Positions 24,355-34,214 are shown, numbered from the stretch's first letter. The stretch is DNA of 64,000 nt from an uncultured Porphyromonadaceae bacterium (GCA_900538705.1 UPZG01000008.1:10585-74584); one strand, 5' to 3'. The notes: a model not told the origin generated them from the sequence alone. Translations and numbers: made by a program.

Positions 24355-26669
24355 AACGAAGTGTGATAAGTTTACTCATGGGGTGTATATTAGCCGGGTG
24401 TCTGGTTATTGTGACAGGTTGTTCCACCACCAAACGATTGGGCGATGGTGAGGTGCTTTACACGGGTGTGAAGAAGATGGAGATAACGGCTGTGGATAGC
24501 GTAAAAATTGATGGAGGCGTAAAGACCCAAGTCAAATCCTCTTTGTCGGTACCTCCTAATAATGCATTATTCTCTTCTAATTCCTGGAAGTTTATTCCTA
24601 TCGAGTTGTGGGCATGGAATTATCTTTATACACCCAATACCAAGAGTGTGAAGCATTGGTTATTCAATCTTTTTGCCCGCGAACCGGTGTTGATACAGAC
24701 TGTGCGTCCCGAGGTGCGGGCACGTATGGCCAAAGAGATATTGTTTAATAACGGGTATTTCAATTCTGCCACTTCATATACTATCAATTACGATGAGAAG
24801 AACGACAAGAAAGCATCGGTAAGTTATTCGGTAGTGGCAGGAAGGCCCTATAAACTGGGCTTTATAGAGTATCCTGCCGATACCTCGTGCGTAGCATCCA
24901 TGATAGCTCGTCATAAGGATGCATCATTGTTATATACGGGGCAACGTTATTGTGCCGATACCTTGGCAGCCGAACGTGAGCGTATCACTACTCTCCTACG
25001 CGATAGTGGGTTCTACTATTTTCGTCCCGATTATCTGCTCTATCAAGCCGATACAACGCGGCAAAGTGGCGTGGTAGACTTGCGTATGTTTGTGGCTCCT
25101 AATGCGCCGGCTGATGCTTTACGTCCCTATAAAACAGGTAATATAACGGTGAATATGTATCCGCCGCAAGGTGTCAAAGAGCCCGATACACTCAATTTCC
25201 GTCGTATGACGGTATACGCTTATAAGGGCTTGAAGCTACGCCGAGGTGTCTTGTTGGGAAATATAAAGATGCGGCAGGGTAATATTTTCTCGCTTTCTGA
25301 GCAGAACCTTACGCAGCAAAATCTCTCGTCACTTGGTATATTCCGTTCTATTGTTATGAATGTGACCCCGCTCGATTCTCTACGGGGGCGCGACTCTATC
25401 TATGTTAATCTTGATTTGCGTTACTCGTTGCCCATAGAGTTTATGGTAGAGGCAAACGTTTCGTCCAAGTCAAATAGCTATATCGGTCCCGGATTGATAG
25501 TGGGTGTTACGCATAATAATCTTTTCGGGGGTGGAGAGCAATTGTCGGTACGGCTCAATGGTAGTTATGAGTGGCAGACCGGTGGCGGAGGTGAGAATGC
25601 TTCGTTGTTTAACTCTTATGAGTTTGGAGCTACAGGCTCACTTACTTTTCCTCGGTTACTGGCTCCTGCACCTAAACATCAGTTAAGGAGGCTCAAATCG
25701 AATACCAACATACAGTTGGGTGCCAATATTATGAATCGTCCGCATTATTTCAGGATGGTCTCTTTCAATACATCGTTGGCATATGAGTTCCATACGTCAT
25801 CTACGGCACTGCATAATTTTACACCTCTGCGACTTGTGTATACCAGGTTGTTGAACAGTACCGAGGAGTTTGACCGTACGCTCGATGAGAATCCTGCCAT
25901 AGCATTGAGTTTCCGCAATCAGTTTATACCCTCTATCGGCTATACGTTTACCTATGACAACGGTTACGAAGGTAGTTCGCCCAATCGATGGATATGGGAA
26001 GTGGGTGCTACCGAAGCTGGTAACATACTTTATGGCATATATTCACTTTGTGGTGTGAAAGGGGAGAAAGAGATTTTCGGTAACCCGTTCTCACAGTTTC
26101 TCAAATTGACCAATGAACTGAAATATTACCATTATTTCAAGCATGATATTTGCCTTGCCTCTCGTTTTATGGTGGGGGCAGGTTATGCTTATGGCAATGC
26201 CTCAGAGTTGCCATATAGCGAGCAGTTCTATATAGGAGGTGCCAACAGTATAAGGGCGTTTACTATCCGGTCTATTGGTCCGGGTAGCTATCATCCTGCC
26301 GATGACGATGGTAATGGTTTCCTTGACCAAACGGGTAACTTCAAGTTAGAGGCAAACGTAGAGTTGCGTTTCCCTATTTTCGATGCTTTGCAAGGTGCTG
26401 TATTCCTCGATGCCGGTAATATATGGTTGCTCAAAGAAGATGAGTTACGTCCCGGTGGTAAGTTGACATGGAAAAACTTCGGCAGGGATATTGCTTTAGG
26501 TACAGGAGCCGGACTGCGCTACGATATAGCCGGTTATTTGGTTATTCGTCTCGATGTGGGCGTGCCTCTGCATGCTCCTTATGATACGGGTAAGAGTGGG
26601 TATTATAATATCGCGGGGTCGTTCTGGAAAAACCTGCGCTTCCACCTTGCCATCGGTTATCCGTTCTAA
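24351..26669 (+). CDS. Omp85-family outer-membrane protein, lipoprotein form (TamL-like paralog 2, translationally coupled to tamB)
   Basis: 772-aa ORF beginning MKRSVISLLMGCILAGCLVIVTGC (lipobox). Barrel motifs are FYIGGANSIRAFTIRSIGPGSY, FLDAGNIW and HLAIGYPF. Confidence 0.8.
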   Translation: MKRSVISLLMGCILAGCLVIVTGCSTTKRLGDGEVLYTGVKKMEITAVDSVKIDGGVKTQVKSSLSVPPNNALFSSNSWKFIPIELWAWNYLYTPNTKSVKHWLFNLFAREPVLIQTVRPEVRARMAKEILFNNGYFNSATSYTINYDEKNDKKASVSYSVVAGRPYKLGFIEYPADTSCVASMIARHKDASLLYTGQRYCADTLAAERERITTLLRDSGFYYFRPDYLLYQADTTRQSGVVDLRMFVAPNAPADALRPYKTGNITVNMYPPQGVKEPDTLNFRRMTVYAYKGLKLRRGVLLGNIKMRQGNIFSLSEQNLTQQNLSSLGIFRSIVMNVTPLDSLRGRDSIYVNLDLRYSLPIEFMVEANVSSKSNSYIGPGLIVGVTHNNLFGGGEQLSVRLNGSYEWQTGGGGENASLFNSYEFGATGSLTFPRLLAPAPKHQLRRLKSNTNIQLGANIMNRPHYFRMVSFNTSLAYEFHTSSTALHNFTPLRLVYTRLLNSTEEFDRTLDENPAIALSFRNQFIPSIGYTFTYDNGYEGSSPNRWIWEVGATEAGNILYGIYSLCGVKGEKEIFGNPFSQFLKLTNELKYYHYFKHDICLASRFMVGAGYAYGNASELPYSEQFYIGGANSIRAFTIRSIGPGSYHPADDDGNGFLDQTGNFKLEANVELRFPIFDALQGAVFLDAGNIWLLKEDELRPGGKLTWKNFGRDIALGTGAGLRYDIAGYLVIRLDVGVPLHAPYDTGKSGYYNIAGSFWKNLRFHLAIGYPF

Positions 26670-26698
26670 AAGGCAGGCGATTGTTCCCTTGGAACGGG

Positions 26699-27259
26699 TT
26701 ATGAGAAAAAGAGATGTTCTATACAGATTTTTATGCCTAATGCTATGAGAATGACTCCACCTATCACTTCGGCATATTTTTGTAATTTGTTTCCTATGTA
26801 GTGACCGATAAAAAGTCCGCCGATAGAAAAAAGCAAGGTAGTAAGAGCTATGACGATTGCCGAGAGTACCATGTCTACCCGCAGGAAAGAAAGCGATATA
26901 CCCACAGCAAGTGCATCTATTGAGGTGGCTAGAGCAAGGCACATCGCGGTACGTAAAGCACAAGGGTCGAAACAGCATTCTTCTTTATGTTGCAATCCTT
27001 CATATATCATGCGCCCTCCCAAAAATACCAAGAGTCCAAGAGCTATCCAATGGTCGTATGATTCTATGTAATTTCTGAATCCTAAACCCAGAAGCCATCC
27101 TATTACAGGCATTGCCCCTTGAAAAATGGCCATAATAAAAGCAAATTTTCCTATACGTCTCCATGTAAATGGATGCATAAGTACTCCGCTTGATAGTGAC
27201 ACGGCAAAGCTGTCCATACAAAGCCCGATAGCTAAAATGATGAGAGAAAGAAGCGACAT
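26699..27259 (-). CDS. mntP: Manganese efflux pump MntP
   Basis: 186-aa ORF with six hydrophobic segments and the duplicated signature CMDSFAVS / SIDALAVG. Confidence 0.85.
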   Translation of the reverse strand: MSLLSLIILAIGLCMDSFAVSLSSGVLMHPFTWRRIGKFAFIMAIFQGAMPVIGWLLGLGFRNYIESYDHWIALGLLVFLGGRMIYEGLQHKEECCFDPCALRTAMCLALATSIDALAVGISLSFLRVDMVLSAIVIALTTLLFSIGGLFIGHYIGNKLQKYAEVIGGVILIALGIKICIEHLFFS

Positions 27260-27290
27260 GTGTTATATGATTGATTGTGATATGTTTATA

Positions 27291-27336
27291 GAAAATGAAA
27301 CGGGAGATGCAAGCCTTTCGCGCTATTATCTCCCGT
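27291..27336 (-). terminator. Hairpin plus T-tract between the ABC exporter and mntP (terminator or attenuator)
   Basis: Minus strand reads ACGGGAGAT-(19 nt)-ATCTCCCGT, then TTCATTTTC. It lies about 125 nt after the ABC stop and about 30 nt before the mntP ATG. Confidence 0.45.
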
Positions 27337-27461
27337 CATCACACACACATAACACACATTACTATAACTGTCGACTGTGTCGATTGGTTCATAATTTGTG
27401 TATTTTATTTGAGTATTTATCATGTGTATGTGATGAAGGATGAGCATCGGGATGACGATAA

Positions 27462-29291
27462 TCAGAATTTTTGCATATCTACGAGGTGTTTGTAATAACC
27501 GTTAAGGGCTATCAGTTCTTCGTGCTTACCACGTTCTACTATTTCACCATCTCGCATTACGCAGATGAGGTCGGCTCCTTTGATGGTCGACAAGCGGTGT
27601 GCAATAACCAGCGTCGTGCGGTTGTGCATCAGATTCTCCAAAGCTTCCTGTACCAACCGTTCCGACTCGGTATCGAGAGCCGAGGTGGCCTCGTCGAGGA
27701 TGAGTATGGGTGGGTTTTTTAAGATAGCCCGTGCAATGCTGATACGTTGGCGTTGTCCGCCCGAGAGACGGCATCCACGGTCGCCTATATTGGTGTCGTA
27801 CCCATGTTCGGTTTCCATGATAAAATCATGGGCGTTGGCGATGCGGGCTGCTTCTATGACTTGCTCGCGTGTAGCGTCGGTTACGCCAAAAGTTATGTTG
27901 TTGTAGAAAGTATCGTTGAAAAGTATAGCTTCTTGGTTGACATTACCCATGAGAGCACGTAAGTCGTGTATACGCAAATCTTTGATATTGGTACCATCTA
28001 TATAGATACCGCCTTCTTGTACGTCGTAAAAGCGAGGGAGCAAGTCGGCAAGTGTAGTCTTGCCCGAGCCCGATTGCCCCACCAAGGCTACAGTTTGGCC
28101 TTTTTTTATTTCCAGGTCGACATTCTTTACAACATAGTCGGTGTTGTATCTGAAAGACACTCCGCGGTATTCTATGCCTTTTTTCATCTCTTCCATCTCC
28201 ACGGGTTGTGCCGGATCGGTAATGGGGTTGGTGGCCGAAAGCAGTTTGTCTACACGCTCCATGGCTGCCAAACCTCTTTGCACGGCGTACATTCCTTTGG
28301 ATAGGTCTTTGGCCGGATTGATAATACTATAAAAGATAACCAGGAAATAGATAAACTGGGCTGCATCTATGGGGCTGTTCCCGGCGAGAATAAGCGTACC
28401 GCCAAACCATAGGACAATAGCAATAGTGGCCGTACCTAAAAACTCGCTCATAGGGTGGGCGAGAGCCTGTCGGCGGTTCATGCGGTTGCTTAGTCTGAAG
28501 AACAGATTGTTGGTATCCTTGAATTTTTGCGATGATTTTTTTTCGGCATTAAAAGCCTTGATAATGCGTATGCCCCCTAACGTCTCTTCTATTTCCGACA
28601 TAATCATGCCCCAGCATTGTTGTGCTTCCAAAGAATTTTGCTTCAAGGTGCGGCCTATGCGACCCATTACAAGGCCTACCAAAGGGAGCAGTACCAGCAC
28701 AAAGATAGAAAGCTGCCAACTGATGGTAAACATGGCTACCAAGCAAATGATAATCATGATGGGGTTTTTGAACATCATTTCGAGTGACGACATGATGGAG
28801 TTTTCTATCTCGGCTGTGTCTCCCACCATGCGTGACATGACGTCGCCTTTTCGCTCGGTCGTGAAAAAGCCCACCGGCAGAGAGAGTACTTTGTCGTAGA
28901 CAAATCCGCGTATGTCGCGCACTACGCCGGCACGGAGAGGTATCAAGAAAAAAGAGCCTAAATAGGATGTCCCTGTTTTAAGGGCCGTAAGGATAATGAG
29001 TACGACTCCCAGAAGGAGTATTGTGGTAGATGCACCATATCGGTCTATGGTAAGCGTGGTAAGGTAGTAGAAGTTGTTGATGGCAACATCTTTCAGATTA
29101 CCGCTTCCCCATTCCATAAATGAGTAGCTGACAGCGCGCTCTGGGTTAAACAGCATCTCCAATATAGGTATAATCATCGCAAACGAGAAGAGCGTGAGTA
29201 TCGATGATAAGATATTGAAGAGTATGTTGAATATGAGATAATACTTGTATGGAGGGACAAAACGCCGCAGGATAGTTATAAATTCTTTCAT
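27462..29291 (-). CDS. ABC transporter, fused permease/ATPase (MsbA-like exporter)
   Basis: ORF track 27462..29348; the ATG at 29291 (MKEFITILRRF...) is preferred because a promoter lies inside the longer version. Walker A is GQSGSGKTT, the signature is LSGGQRQR, and Walker B is ILILDEATSALD. Confidence 0.88.
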   Translation of the reverse strand: MKEFITILRRFVPPYKYYLIFNILFNILSSILTLFSFAMIIPILEMLFNPERAVSYSFMEWGSGNLKDVAINNFYYLTTLTIDRYGASTTILLLGVVLIILTALKTGTSYLGSFFLIPLRAGVVRDIRGFVYDKVLSLPVGFFTTERKGDVMSRMVGDTAEIENSIMSSLEMMFKNPIMIIICLVAMFTISWQLSIFVLVLLPLVGLVMGRIGRTLKQNSLEAQQCWGMIMSEIEETLGGIRIIKAFNAEKKSSQKFKDTNNLFFRLSNRMNRRQALAHPMSEFLGTATIAIVLWFGGTLILAGNSPIDAAQFIYFLVIFYSIINPAKDLSKGMYAVQRGLAAMERVDKLLSATNPITDPAQPVEMEEMKKGIEYRGVSFRYNTDYVVKNVDLEIKKGQTVALVGQSGSGKTTLADLLPRFYDVQEGGIYIDGTNIKDLRIHDLRALMGNVNQEAILFNDTFYNNITFGVTDATREQVIEAARIANAHDFIMETEHGYDTNIGDRGCRLSGGQRQRISIARAILKNPPILILDEATSALDTESERLVQEALENLMHNRTTLVIAHRLSTIKGADLICVMRDGEIVERGKHEELIALNGYYKHLVDMQKF

Positions 29292-29317
29292 GCTGTATTT
29301 GGCTATATTTGGATGGG

Positions 29318-29349
29318 CAAAGATAGTGCAAATGAGAGCAAACAGCAAA
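29318..29349 (-). promoter_or_regulatory. Promoter, perfect TTTG-N20-TATCTTTG
   Basis: Minus strand reads TTTGctgtttgctctcatttgcacTATCTTTG. The -7 box ends 26 nt before the ATG at 29291. Confidence 0.6.
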
Positions 29350-29526
29350 GTTTACCTATGCTTTTTACCAAGAGTTGTTCTTATAGTGTTGTTATATTTA
29401 ATTGAGTGTGTTGTCGATGACATGTTGAGGTACTTAAAAATCGTAAAAAACTCTCTTTGGAATTAAACCTTTATCGGTTGTTGGTATCTCAATGACGGTT
29501 TTTAATTACGAAATCTCGGAATCTTT

Positions 29527-32310
29527 ATGAAAAGAGCTATATATGTCCTTTTATTGGCAGGATTGTTGTCTCCTGCTTTCTCTGTTGCCCAGCAAGTGAC
29601 TATACAAGGTGTAGTGAAAGATGCTACCGACCATGGTCCTTTGCCACTGGTGAGCGTACGACTTCTGGCTGCACGTGACAGCTCTTTTGTTACGGGTACT
29701 ACGGGCGATAACAATGGCGTATTTGTTTTCAAGCCTGTGAAGGCGGGTTCTTATATAACTGTTGTCTCGTATTTGGGGTACAAAACAGAGTATCGCAATG
29801 TGAAGGCCGACGGTTCGCGCTCTCGTATCAATTTGGGCGAAATATTATTGGGCTCGGGCGACGTGATGTTGCAGGAGGCTGTCATATTGGGAAAGGCTCC
29901 CGAAGTAGTGGTGAAAGAAGATACTGTAGAATTTAATGCCGAATCATACAAGACACAGCCTAGTGCTGTAGTGGAAGATTTATTGAAAAAACTGCCGGGT
30001 GTAGAAGTCGATGAAAACGGTAAAATTACGGCCAATGGTAAGGAAGTAACCAAGATTCTGCTCGATGGGAAAGAGTTTTTCTCAGATGACCCGCTTGTAG
30101 CCTCTAAGAATATTCCGGTGGAGATGATAGAGAAGCTACAAGTCGTAGACCGTCAAAGCGACCTTGCCCGTATTACCGGTGTAGACGATGGCGAGGAGGA
30201 AACGGTTATTAATCTTACTATTAAGCCGGGTATGAAGAAGGGTTGGTTTGGTGAAGCACAAGGAGGTTATGGCTATGGTATTGACAATCCTAATCGCTAT
30301 GCAGGCAGTGTAATGGCCAACTATATTTATGGCGATAACCAGTTTACCATCATAGCCAACAGCAACAATGTCAACAGTCTCGGCTTTACCGATATGGGCG
30401 GTAATCGTTTTCGTCGTTTTGGCGGGAACAATGGTATTGCCACTTCACATAGTATAGGAACCAATTTCAATGTGGGTAATAAGGATATCTTCCGTATAGG
30501 TGGTGATGTGATGTATTCATACAACAATCGTGATACTTGGCAGCGAAGCGACCGTCAGAACTTTTTTACCGATAGTGTTTCGTATCAAGAGTCATCATCG
30601 CAAGCCAACGATATAGGACAACAGATAAGCGGTCGTTTCCGTATAGAGTGGAATCCCGACTCGATGAATGTATTTGAGTTCCGTCCTCGATTTTCGGTCA
30701 ATATTAACGATTCTCACCAGATAGAGGAATCGTTGACAAGTGCCGGCGATGCATCCCGCTCACAGGTTAACCGCAACAATAACACTTCCGACAGTCATGG
30801 CGTCAATGTGGAGGCTTCGGGAGAGCTCATATATAACCATCGTTTTGCGTCGAAGCCCGGTCGTTCGTTTAGTATTCATGCCCGATATAATTTCAGCAAT
30901 ACACGCGAGACAGGTTCGAGTATTGACTCTACACTCTACTATATCTTGAAAGATACTGCCGATCTTTGGCAAGAAAGCGACGATCACTCTTGGAGTAATG
31001 GTTATTCAGCACGAGTTACCTATACCGAGCCGGTGGGCAAGCGCGAGAGAGGTATGTTTCTTACTTTTGGGTTGCGTAGTGAAGGAACTTTCCGTGATGC
31101 CGATAAATTTACATATACGGCAGATGAATGGGGAGTATTCCCTACAACACCCGACCCCGCATATAGTAACAGTTTTCGTAACATGAACCTGACGAATAGT
31201 GCTCAGGTAGGATTTAAGCAAGTGCAACGCAAGTATATGTATGATGTGGGTTTGTCGTTTGAGCCTACAACAACCTCTTCGCAAGATCTTATCAATCCCG
31301 AAAATAATATAGAGACCTATACCGTATTCAATTGGTCGCCCTATCTGATTTTTACGTATAAAGAGAGTAAACAGCGTTCATTGCGTATATATTATAGAGG
31401 AAAAACTTCGCAACCTACGATTGCGCAGATGCAGCCTGTTCCTGATATTACCAATCCATTGGATATTGTAGTAGGTAATCCCGGTTTGAGACCCTCGTAT
31501 ACCAATAGGCTTCGGGTTCGTTTTAGCGACTATGATGTAGCATCTCAGCGGTCTATTATGGCGCATCTGAGAGCTAATTATACTCTTAACAGCATTATAT
31601 CGGCAACATCGTATGATGCCGAGACTGGTGGGCGTACTACGACTTATGAAAATGTCGACGGTGTATGGGATGTAAACGGGATGTTATTGTTGACTTTTCC
31701 GTTCCGTAACAAGCGGTGGCAGTTGAATAATTTTACACGCCTGGGTGTAAGTAGCAGTGCCGGAAAAAATAATGGCGAGCTTAACCGTAGTAATCTCTTT
31801 TCTGCCAGTGAAAATTTGGGAATAGCTTTCCGTAGCGATTATTTTGACAATGCCCTTAGGGCTCGGTACAATTTGCAGTATGTGGATAATACAGTACAAA
31901 CAGGTAGTAACCGCATTATACATCGATATGGTTTTACGTATGAGTTTATGGTTAATCTGCCATTTGGTCTATCTATCGGTAGTGACATAGGATATACGGG
32001 CTATCAAGGTTATACAGACGGCTATAATACTGATGAGTGGGTATGGAATGCCGAGATTTCTTATTCTTTCCTTGCAGGTCGTAATGCAACTATTTCTTTC
32101 AAAGGGTTTGATATGCTAAACCAACGTAATAATATTCAGCGGGTGGTTACCGGAAACTATATGGAGGATGTACAGTATAATACGTTGGGAAGCTATTATA
32201 TGGTTTCGTTCAGTTATCGATTCAATACCTTTGGCAAGGATCGTCCTGAAATGCCTCGTGGAGGCTTTGGTGGCCCGCATGGATTCGGAGGTCCTCCTCG
32301 TCGCAGGTAA
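29527..32310 (+). CDS. Outer-membrane beta-barrel protein with CarboxypepD_reg-like N-domain and TonB-receptor-type plug
   Basis: 927-aa ORF with signal peptide MKRAIYVLLLAGLLSPAFSVAQ. The N-domain reads VTIQGVVKDATDHGPLPLVSVRLL...GVFVFKPVKAGSY. The plug motif is DTVEFNAESYK...VEDLLKKLPGVEVD. A long beta-rich region follows, ending SFSYRFNTF plus a Gly/Pro tail. Confidence 0.8.
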   Translation: MKRAIYVLLLAGLLSPAFSVAQQVTIQGVVKDATDHGPLPLVSVRLLAARDSSFVTGTTGDNNGVFVFKPVKAGSYITVVSYLGYKTEYRNVKADGSRSRINLGEILLGSGDVMLQEAVILGKAPEVVVKEDTVEFNAESYKTQPSAVVEDLLKKLPGVEVDENGKITANGKEVTKILLDGKEFFSDDPLVASKNIPVEMIEKLQVVDRQSDLARITGVDDGEEETVINLTIKPGMKKGWFGEAQGGYGYGIDNPNRYAGSVMANYIYGDNQFTIIANSNNVNSLGFTDMGGNRFRRFGGNNGIATSHSIGTNFNVGNKDIFRIGGDVMYSYNNRDTWQRSDRQNFFTDSVSYQESSSQANDIGQQISGRFRIEWNPDSMNVFEFRPRFSVNINDSHQIEESLTSAGDASRSQVNRNNNTSDSHGVNVEASGELIYNHRFASKPGRSFSIHARYNFSNTRETGSSIDSTLYYILKDTADLWQESDDHSWSNGYSARVTYTEPVGKRERGMFLTFGLRSEGTFRDADKFTYTADEWGVFPTTPDPAYSNSFRNMNLTNSAQVGFKQVQRKYMYDVGLSFEPTTTSSQDLINPENNIETYTVFNWSPYLIFTYKESKQRSLRIYYRGKTSQPTIAQMQPVPDITNPLDIVVGNPGLRPSYTNRLRVRFSDYDVASQRSIMAHLRANYTLNSIISATSYDAETGGRTTTYENVDGVWDVNGMLLLTFPFRNKRWQLNNFTRLGVSSSAGKNNGELNRSNLFSASENLGIAFRSDYFDNALRARYNLQYVDNTVQTGSNRIIHRYGFTYEFMVNLPFGLSIGSDIGYTGYQGYTDGYNTDEWVWNAEISYSFLAGRNATISFKGFDMLNQRNNIQRVVTGNYMEDVQYNTLGSYYMVSFSYRFNTFGKDRPEMPRGGFGGPHGFGGPPRRR

Positions 32311-32339
32311 ATGAAGTTGCTCAATAAAAAAGTAAAAAT

Positions 32340-32384
32340 GCGAGGGCTGTAAACTCTCAGTTTACAGCCCTCGCATTTTATTCG
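32340..32384 (+). terminator. Rho-independent terminator
   Basis: GCGAGGGCTGTAAA-ctctcag-TTTACAGCCCTCGC is a 14-bp stem, followed by ATTTTATTCGTTT. Confidence 0.75.
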
Positions 32385-32460
32385 TTTAGAAGCCGTTCTG
32401 AATGATTCTTTTGTTGTCTTGCTCTTGGTATATTATGGTAATAGGTATTGTGCTCTGAAA

Positions 32461-32496
32461 AATAAAAGCGGCTCGAAATTATTATTTCGAGCCGCT
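32461..32496 (-). terminator. Hairpin terminator after tRNA-Gln
   Basis: AGCGGCTCGAAAT-tatt-ATTTCGAGCCGCT is a 13-bp stem. The minus-strand tail is TTTATT. Confidence 0.6.
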
Positions 32497-32500
32497 TTCG

Positions 32501-32574
32501 TGGTTGGCTTACCAGGATTCGAACCTAGACAAACAGAACCAAAACCTGTTGTGCTGCCATTACACCATAAGCCA
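32501..32574 (-). tRNA. tRNA-Gln (anticodon TTG), CCA encoded
   Basis: Minus strand TGGCTTATGGTGTAATGGCAGCACAACAGGTTTTGGTTCTGTTTGTCTAGGTTCGAATCCTGGTAAGCCAACCA. Acceptor is TGGCTTA/TAAGCCA. The anticodon stem is ACAGG/TCTGT with loop TTTTGGT. The T arm is CTAGG-TTCGAAT-CCTGG. Confidence 0.9.
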
Positions 32575-32608
32575 ATACCTATGTGCTTGGTATTTTTCCA
32601 AAGCGATG

Positions 32609-32640
32609 CAAAGGTAACGCCTCTTTTTGGATTGACCAAA
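32609..32640 (-). promoter_or_regulatory. Promoter of tRNA-Gln, perfect TTTG-N20-TACCTTTG
   Basis: Minus strand reads TTTGgtcaatccaaaaagaggcgtTACCTTTGcatcgcttt. It shares TTACCTTTGCAnCGCTTT with the tRNA-Arg promoter. Confidence 0.6.
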
Positions 32641-32805
32641 TTTTATGACAATTTTTTGCGTGAAATTTTGTAAATCCTGCTTGAAAAGGCTGATGATAAA
32701 TCAACTTTACTTTGTTTGGGTTGCGAAATATATCGCTCCAGATTGCCAGCTGGCGATGCCTATTTTGTCTGAAAGGGAGCTATCGGTAATGGTTGTGTAA
32801 GGTTG

Positions 32806-32846
32806 TGAAAAAAGCGGTTTCACCCTCATAACAAGGGTAAAACCGC
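32806..32846 (-). terminator. Rho-independent terminator of tyrS
   Basis: Minus strand reads GCGGTTTTACCCT-tgttatg-AGGGTGAAACCGC followed by TTTTTT. A second small hairpin (ATGCCGC/GCGGCAT) lies at 32862-32885. Confidence 0.7.
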
Positions 32847-32894
32847 CACTGAATATTATTTGATGCCGCTTGTATAGGGCGGCATGTAACCTTT

Positions 32895-34187
32895 TTATTT
32901 GGCTATGACAAGGTAGTAGTTTTTCTTTCCTTTTTGTACGATGAGATACTTCCCGGCCAGTAGGTAACTGTCGTCTATAAGTTGGTCGAATGTGGAAAGT
33001 TTCTCTTTGTTTATCATGACACCTCCACCTTGTGTGAGTTTGCGCATCTCGCTTTTCGACGGGAATATGGCTGCTTTCTCGGTAGTGAGATCTACAGCCT
33101 TTATGCCGTTGTGCAGTTCGTCACGCGACACTTCGTAGGTGGGAACACCGGCAAAAACGTCGAGCAACGTAGCTTCGTCGAGATTGCGCAAGGCGTCGGC
33201 CGTTGCATTACCAAAGAGGATATTCGATGCTTCGACAGCTTTTTCGTATTCTGTTTCACCATGTACAAGAACAGTAATTTCGCGAGCCAGCCTTTTTTGC
33301 AAAGGACGTAGGTGCGGAGCCTCTTTTTGTTGACCGATGAGAGACTCTATCTCTTCGCGGTCGAGCATAGTGAATATCTTGATATATTTTTCGGCATCAA
33401 CATCACTTACATTGAGCCAGAATTGATAGAATTTATAGGGTGATGTATAGCGAGGGTCGAGCCATACGTTGCCCGACTCGGTTTTGCCGAATTTTCCTCC
33501 GTCGGCTTTTGTTATCAAGGGACAGGTGAGGGCATATGCTTCGCCTCCATACATACGGCGTATCAGTTCTGTACCGGTGGTGATGTTGCCCCATTGGTCA
33601 GAGCCACCCATCTGCAGTTTGCAATTTTTGTTTTTATAGAGATATGCAAAGTCGTAGCCTTGTATCAGTTGGTAACTGAATTCAGTAAATGACATACCTT
33701 CACCAGAAGTACCCGATAATCTTTTCTTTACCGAGTCTTTGGCCATCATATAGTTGACGGTGATGAGCTTGCCTACATTGCGAATGAAGTCGATAAAGGA
33801 AAATGGTTTCATCCAATCGTAGTTGTTGACAAGCTCGGCTGCGTTAGGAGCATCAGAGTCGAAGTCGAGGAAATGTGACAATTGCTTTTTGATAGCTTCT
33901 TGGTTGTGCCGTAGTGTCTCCTCGTCGAGTAGTTTACGTTCTTGCGACTTCATCGACGGGTCGCCTATCATACCTGTCGCACCGCCTATGAGAGCAATGG
34001 GTTTATGACCTGCGCGTTGCAGATGGCGCAGCATCATTACTCCTACCAAGTGTCCTATGTGTAGCGAATCGGCTGTGGGGTCTATTCCCAAATAGCCGGT
34101 TGTCATTTCTTTTTGTAGTTGTTCTTCGGTTCCTGGCATTACATCGTGTATCATGCCGCGCCATTTCAGTTCTTCTATAAAATTCAT
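32895..34187 (-). CDS. tyrS: Tyrosine--tRNA ligase
   Basis: 430-aa ORF. Contains the HIGH motif (SLHIGHLVG), a KMSKS-type motif (KFGKT), and a C-terminal S4-like domain. Confidence 0.95.
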   Translation of the reverse strand: MNFIEELKWRGMIHDVMPGTEEQLQKEMTTGYLGIDPTADSLHIGHLVGVMMLRHLQRAGHKPIALIGGATGMIGDPSMKSQERKLLDEETLRHNQEAIKKQLSHFLDFDSDAPNAAELVNNYDWMKPFSFIDFIRNVGKLITVNYMMAKDSVKKRLSGTSGEGMSFTEFSYQLIQGYDFAYLYKNKNCKLQMGGSDQWGNITTGTELIRRMYGGEAYALTCPLITKADGGKFGKTESGNVWLDPRYTSPYKFYQFWLNVSDVDAEKYIKIFTMLDREEIESLIGQQKEAPHLRPLQKRLAREITVLVHGETEYEKAVEASNILFGNATADALRNLDEATLLDVFAGVPTYEVSRDELHNGIKAVDLTTEKAAIFPSKSEMRKLTQGGGVMINKEKLSTFDQLIDDSYLLAGKYLIVQKGKKNYYLVIAK

Positions 34188-34214
34188 GGGTCGATAATAC
34201 TATGATATTATTTA

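Noticed and set aside
27338-27358. CA-rich tract (CATCACACACACATAACACACA) as a possible phase-variation microsatellite
   Set aside because: It is only about five uninterrupted CA units, is imperfect, and is intergenic. That is too short to claim slipped-strand switching.
27260-27461. Expected yybP-ykoY manganese riboswitch upstream of mntP
   Set aside because: I looked for the GGGGAGUAG and UUGACA/AGACC signatures on the coding strand and did not find them. The segment GGGAGAUAAUAGCG is only superficially similar. The region is reported as an open question instead.
29292-29348. 19-aa N-terminal extension of the ABC exporter ORF, and the 8-aa extension of the Omp85 ORF (17896..17919)
   Set aside because: Perfect TTTG-N20-TATCTTTG promoters lie within these extensions, so the downstream ATGs are the likely starts.
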